DNA from: a virus
Reading direction: 5' to 3' (one strand)
Virus record (IMG/VR): IMGVR_UViG_3300049811_000206
Coordinates: 1 to 51,406 of that record
Length of the DNA: 51,406 bases
The position numbers were made by a program, and so were the translations under genes. Under the pieces are notes generated by a model. That model was not told the origin of the DNA, made no database searches, and was given only the letters and a program-made list of their open reading frames with translations. Shown here piece after piece: positions 47,580-51,406 of the stretch. How positions within the stretch are numbered: position 1 is the stretch's first letter; each line of letters begins with the position of its first letter.

Positions 47580-50270
47580 ATGCCCACCACGTCAACTATT
47601 CTTGGCCGCATGCTGTTGGATCACCCTGACCTTGGGTTTGACGGCGGTGTGACACTTGAACAGAAAATCAAAACACTCTACACGCGGCTTTCGGACAGCA
47701 TGCCAAGCCGCTTTTTCACAGCGGTGTCTTTGGCCAACGGTGCCAGCGTTGACTTTGAACACGGATTTCACGCTGACTTTGCCGAAATGGGCTTTCGCCT
47801 GTATTTGTGGGACAACGGCACGGGCGAATTGACCCGCGTGAATCCCACCACGGGCTGGACGATTGCCGCCACGGCTGGGTTCCTCACCACAAAAACCACG
47901 GTGACCAACAACACCGGAAGCGCCAAAACATTCGCGCTGTGGTTGTTCCATTGGCCGCTGGTGGAAAAACTTGATGACCTGACGGACGTGGACCTTGTCA
48001 CCACAAGCCCCGAAGACGGCCAAGCCCTGGTGTATAGCGCAGCCCTTGCCAAGTGGCTGCCTGGTGCTTCCGGGGATTCCAGTTTCAAAATCCAAGGCGT
48101 GGTTGACCCGAACGCTACCATTAAGGGCGGGTTCCTTATGCTGCCGGACGGGCGTGAATTGGCCACGTATGACGGCGCGGGAAGTGCTTCAACGGATTTT
48201 GGCAAAGACATTACGGTTGACCTTGACGCCGTGCTTGGTGCCAGCCCTGCCAACAACACCACGTATTACCTCTATATTGACCTCGCCACGCTTGGCGCGG
48301 CGGTGACTTGCACCGACAACGGGCGGAAATTGTACGCCGTTCAATATTCCAATTTCTACCTATCCACCACAGCCCCGGACGCCATGAATCGAAGCCGTTA
48401 CATTGCACGCGGGTTTATCCGCAGCGCCACCACGGGAACCGTGTGGTCAGGTAGCGGGGCCGCGTTTGGCACCTTGGCCTTCCTTAAAGGGGAACAGCCC
48501 CCGGTGGCAGTTTCCCCCCTGGTATTTTCCCAATCCCAAACCCTGGTTTCCAGCGTGGGCACCAGCGGCCAAATCCGTCAGGGTCACAACCTTTCCCAAA
48601 AGAGTTTCCCGGCAGCGGCTTGGAACGCGGCTAACCTGTCCGTGTTCCCGCTGGCGCAAAACGGGACGTCCCTGTTTGGTGGGCGTGACCTGACGCTTTA
48701 CAACGGCGCAGCGGGTGCGGTTGGTATCTTGGGTGATGCAAATAGCGCGATTTCTCTGAACGGAACGAACCAATATTTAGGAACTACCGATGCATTTTTT
48801 GATCCGGGTAACCAAAATTTCACGGTTGGCGGGTGGTTCTATTCTGCCGATTGGATACTTGGAACAGGGTATGGAATTTTAGGACAAGGCAACACAACTT
48901 CAGACCGTAGCTTTGCGCTATACATGACGGTTACTGGAACATTTGCTCTGTATTGTTCATCGTCAGGAACATCTTGGGAGCTATCAGTAACGGATATCGC
49001 GCACGGTATCGCAGACAATACCCCCGGCTGGCACCATATTGCTTTGCGCTACAAGGCAAGCACCAACACCTTTAACCTATTCCTTGACGGTAAAATAATC
49101 GGAAGCGCAAGCCTTAGTGGTGCGCTCCATGCTGCGTCTAGCAATTCGTTTAGTGTGGGCGCGGTGGATAACGCTGCATTCTTCACAGGCCGCGTAGATG
49201 AATTTTTCATGGCCGTGGGTGTGGACCTTGGTGACCATGACATAGCGAAAATTTGCGCCACGCGCCTTGACCACAACAAAGCCTTACCAAGTGGCCGCCA
49301 AGGCTGGACGCTGAACCACTATGCCGCTGGCGTGGCCCCTGTCACACCGCTGCTTAATGCGGTGCTTGACCAATCCGATAGCAATAGCGTCTTCCTTGAC
49401 CTGTCCCAAGCCGATCCAACCGACCGTGTGGACATTCAGTTGCAAGACACGGGCGCAGCGGGTGCGGTAAGCGTTCCGGTTCAGACGGCTGAATTCACGT
49501 TCTCAGCCACGGGACAATTGACCGCAGCGGGAACAGGCTTCCCCACCAACCTTGTGGAAGACGTTCGCAGTTTGCAAGGCTGGCAGAAGACTTCAAACGG
49601 CTGGGAACCAATCGACCTCGTGGGCATGGTTTGGGTGACGGCTACGGGGGCCAAATACCTGCAAGGAAACATTGACGCGCTTGTGCCTTCCGCCACCAAC
49701 CCGGTGCGCGTGATTGTGGCCAGCACGGCTTCAGCGCAAGCGGTTGGTGTGGCCACGGCAACGCAAGCGGGTTTGTTGGTTGCGGGTGCTATTCCCGGAC
49801 GCCTTGACGGTGTGGCACCTGCCGCGAATATTGTTGGCGAAACGGTATTCGACTCAGGCATCTCAAGCATTGATGTATATGCCGCGCTTGGTAATTGGAC
49901 AGCATCAAATGATATTTCCGTGTCTCTATCACCCGGTGTTTGGAAAATTGATTATGGGTTCGGTATTCAGTGGGTGGCTGGTGTTGGTTCTGCATTGCTT
50001 GCTATAAAACTTGGTTGCGTGGATGCTTCGAATACTGAGCTTGACTTGAGTTATAATATTGCTGGTTATGGTCTCACTAATCCGGACGCACAGATTCGAA
50101 ACAATGGTTCTTTTATTCTGAATACGGCTACAGCCAAAGTCATTAGGGTAGCTGGGTATGCAGGTGTAGCATCCGGATCGGTTTCGACACCCCCATCCCT
50201 TCGCATACGAAATGATGGAGCGACTTTTAACTGGGGCAAAGGCTTCATTCTAGCAACACGGATTGCCTAA
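47580..50270 (+). CDS. Central tail fibre / host-specificity protein with a LamG (concanavalin A-like lectin) domain
   Basis: AAGGGGGAAG RBS. 896 aa. ISLNGTNQYLGT...FTVGGWFY...HIALRY...NLFLDGKIIGS...FSVGA...FTGRVDEFFM is the Laminin_G_3 pattern. Confidence 0.75.
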   Translation: MPTTSTILGRMLLDHPDLGFDGGVTLEQKIKTLYTRLSDSMPSRFFTAVSLANGASVDFEHGFHADFAEMGFRLYLWDNGTGELTRVNPTTGWTIAATAGFLTTKTTVTNNTGSAKTFALWLFHWPLVEKLDDLTDVDLVTTSPEDGQALVYSAALAKWLPGASGDSSFKIQGVVDPNATIKGGFLMLPDGRELATYDGAGSASTDFGKDITVDLDAVLGASPANNTTYYLYIDLATLGAAVTCTDNGRKLYAVQYSNFYLSTTAPDAMNRSRYIARGFIRSATTGTVWSGSGAAFGTLAFLKGEQPPVAVSPLVFSQSQTLVSSVGTSGQIRQGHNLSQKSFPAAAWNAANLSVFPLAQNGTSLFGGRDLTLYNGAAGAVGILGDANSAISLNGTNQYLGTTDAFFDPGNQNFTVGGWFYSADWILGTGYGILGQGNTTSDRSFALYMTVTGTFALYCSSSGTSWELSVTDIAHGIADNTPGWHHIALRYKASTNTFNLFLDGKIIGSASLSGALHAASSNSFSVGAVDNAAFFTGRVDEFFMAVGVDLGDHDIAKICATRLDHNKALPSGRQGWTLNHYAAGVAPVTPLLNAVLDQSDSNSVFLDLSQADPTDRVDIQLQDTGAAGAVSVPVQTAEFTFSATGQLTAAGTGFPTNLVEDVRSLQGWQKTSNGWEPIDLVGMVWVTATGAKYLQGNIDALVPSATNPVRVIVASTASAQAVGVATATQAGLLVAGAIPGRLDGVAPAANIVGETVFDSGISSIDVYAALGNWTASNDISVSLSPGVWKIDYGFGIQWVAGVGSALLAIKLGCVDASNTELDLSYNIAGYGLTNPDAQIRNNGSFILNTATAKVIRVAGYAGVASGSVSTPPSLRIRNDGATFNWGKGFILATRIA

Positions 50271-50286
50271 CATGAAAGGATTTGAA

Positions 50287-50811
50287 ATGAACAAAAAGAT
50301 TATCGGAATACTTTGCGCGGTAGGCTTGGGCCTTTCCGCTTACGCTTTCAGCGTGTCAAACATTGTGCAGTCAATCACGTACAACCCAAACGTGAAGGGT
50401 TTTATTGCGCTCATGAAAGGTGATTCCTCGAAAGTGATTGAGGAAAAGCCGAAGCAATACGTTGCTGGTCAAACCTATAATGGTGTGGCCCTTACAATTA
50501 GCGGCACCAATATTTCTCAGGGAAGGTCGGTTTTTGTTCCGTATAGAACAGTAGATGGAGTTTGGCGGCTTCGTTTTTCTATCAACTTAGGAATTTCACC
50601 AGGAGTCACTTCGCTATCGGTAACTGTTAACGGTGTATCGGGATATGCAAATGGCCAAATGTTCAGCGTTCTAGGTATTGGCACCGCACCCTATAGTGGA
50701 TCGGGCAATTTCACTTCAGGCGCTTTTCAAGCGTATTTCGCAACCAGTTCCACAACTATGCTTGCTTCCGGTGATGTTGAATTAACCGCGAAACCCACAT
50801 GGGCCGACTAA
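50287..50811 (+). CDS. Signal-peptide protein in the fibre region
   Basis: AAAGGA RBS, then ATG 50287. The signal is MNKKIIGILCAVGLGLSAYA/FS. The region looks AT-richer than the genome by eye. Confidence 0.65.
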   Translation: MNKKIIGILCAVGLGLSAYAFSVSNIVQSITYNPNVKGFIALMKGDSSKVIEEKPKQYVAGQTYNGVALTISGTNISQGRSVFVPYRTVDGVWRLRFSINLGISPGVTSLSVTVNGVSGYANGQMFSVLGIGTAPYSGSGNFTSGAFQAYFATSSTTMLASGDVELTAKPTWAD

Positions 50812-50826
50812 TTAAAGGAAACAAAA

Positions 50827-51406
50827 ATGAAAAAGTTTTTTCTGCTTTTCTTCATTTCCACGCTGGCCTTTGGGCAGCAAGCACCGCGCCAATCGTTTGG
50901 GGCGCAGAATTATATCATCAATGGTGGAATGGATTTTTCTCAGCGCATTGGTGTAGGAACACCTGCTAACCTAACAACGTCTTTTGTTTATTATCTTGAT
51001 AGATGGTTCGTCCGATACGGCAATACCTTCACGGGCACGCCAACGGTTACCCAATCGGCGTACTCTGGTAATCCCAATGTGCGTTATCAAATGCTTTTGT
51101 TTGGTAATGCATCGGGGGCCACAAGTTTTTACGACTTGGGGCAGAGAATTGAAAGCGCCAACGCTGTTCAGCTTGTCGGAAAAGCAATCACGATAAGCGC
51201 AAGGGTATACAATCAAGACGCCACAGGCACTTCCGTAGGACTTTATTTAGGCTATCCAATTACCGGCACGGATAACTGGACGGGTGGCGAAACCGCTATT
51301 ACCGTTCCAAGTCAAACCAAGACCTTGACAAATGGCGCATACACGACACTCACTTGGACCGTTCCAAGCCTTCCCGCCAACGTGGCTACTGGTTTGCAGG
51401 TGCGCT
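50827..51406 (+). CDS. Tail-fibre-like receptor-binding protein with an N-terminal signal peptide (N-terminal part; continues at 118..596)
   Basis: AAGGAAAC RBS. The signal is MKKFFLLFFISTLAFGQQ, followed by NYIINGGMDFSQR (an N-x-x-F-x-x-x-QR fibre motif). The frame is open to the window end and continuous across the junction, giving about 352 aa in total. Confidence 0.75.
   Translation, partial: MKKFFLLFFISTLAFGQQAPRQSFGAQNYIINGGMDFSQRIGVGTPANLTTSFVYYLDRWFVRYGNTFTGTPTVTQSAYSGNPNVRYQMLLFGNASGATSFYDLGQRIESANAVQLVGKAITISARVYNQDATGTSVGLYLGYPITGTDNWTGGETAITVPSQTKTLTNGAYTTLTWTVPSLPANVATGLQVR
51290..51406. repeat. Terminal redundancy, right copy (identical to 1..117)
   Basis: Same 117 bases as the window start. 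The reading frame of the CDS starting at 50827 runs through it into 118..596. Confidence 0.95.

Noticed and set aside
47580-50270. Diversity-generating retroelement targeting the fibre genes
   Set aside because: No reverse transcriptase ORF exists anywhere in the genome. I could find no template/variable repeat pair near the fibre C-termini.
1-51406. Lysogeny module (integrase, CI-like repressor, excisionase) or plasmid-partition genes
   Set aside because: No tyrosine or serine recombinase motifs, no XRE-type repressor and no ParA/ParB were seen in any frame. The lifestyle therefore cannot be called temperate from this sequence. The palindromic operator family shows regulation but does not prove lysogeny.

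Overview
The window is one complete, circularly closed genome of a tailed dsDNA phage. Bases 1-117 are identical to 51290-51406, so the unique length is 51,289 bp. The layout is siphovirus-like, with about 70 CDS in four transcription blocks.

(1) A long, translationally coupled minus-strand replication/early block runs from 18848 down to 7234. It encodes an SNF2 helicase carrying an intein, wHTH regulators, a Gp157-like protein, a DEDDh exonuclease, a family A DNA polymerase and a VRR-NUC nuclease.

(2) A plus-strand AEP primase / D5-P4-type helicase occupies 19076..21505.

(3) Minus-strand small-gene operons run from 24848 down to 21645.

(4) A plus-strand late block starts at 25902 and continues across the circular junction to 7076. 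In order it holds small regulators, terS, terL, a portal-MuF fusion, a protease-scaffold fusion, the HK97-fold capsid, connectors, the tail tube, G/GT chaperones with an AAAAAAC slippery site, the tape measure, distal tail and hub proteins, a LamG fibre, about 12 small fibre-region genes and a lysis cluster.

I found no integrase, tRNA, CRISPR array or reverse transcriptase. Most genes have Shine-Dalgarno-type sites. The host cannot be named from the sequence.

The most notable observations are:
- an HNH-type intein inserted exactly in the helicase P-loop;
- a 17-bp palindrome (ATTTTGTTGAACAAAAT family) found only at the heads of transcription units;
- a roughly 1-kb non-coding hub with two iteron families;
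- a TTGGGCACA array in front of terS;
- a distal-tail-position protein with about 17 degenerate 14-15-aa Q-V repeats;
- signal-peptide-bearing tail-fibre-like proteins.

All functional calls come from motif recognition by eye. No database search was run.
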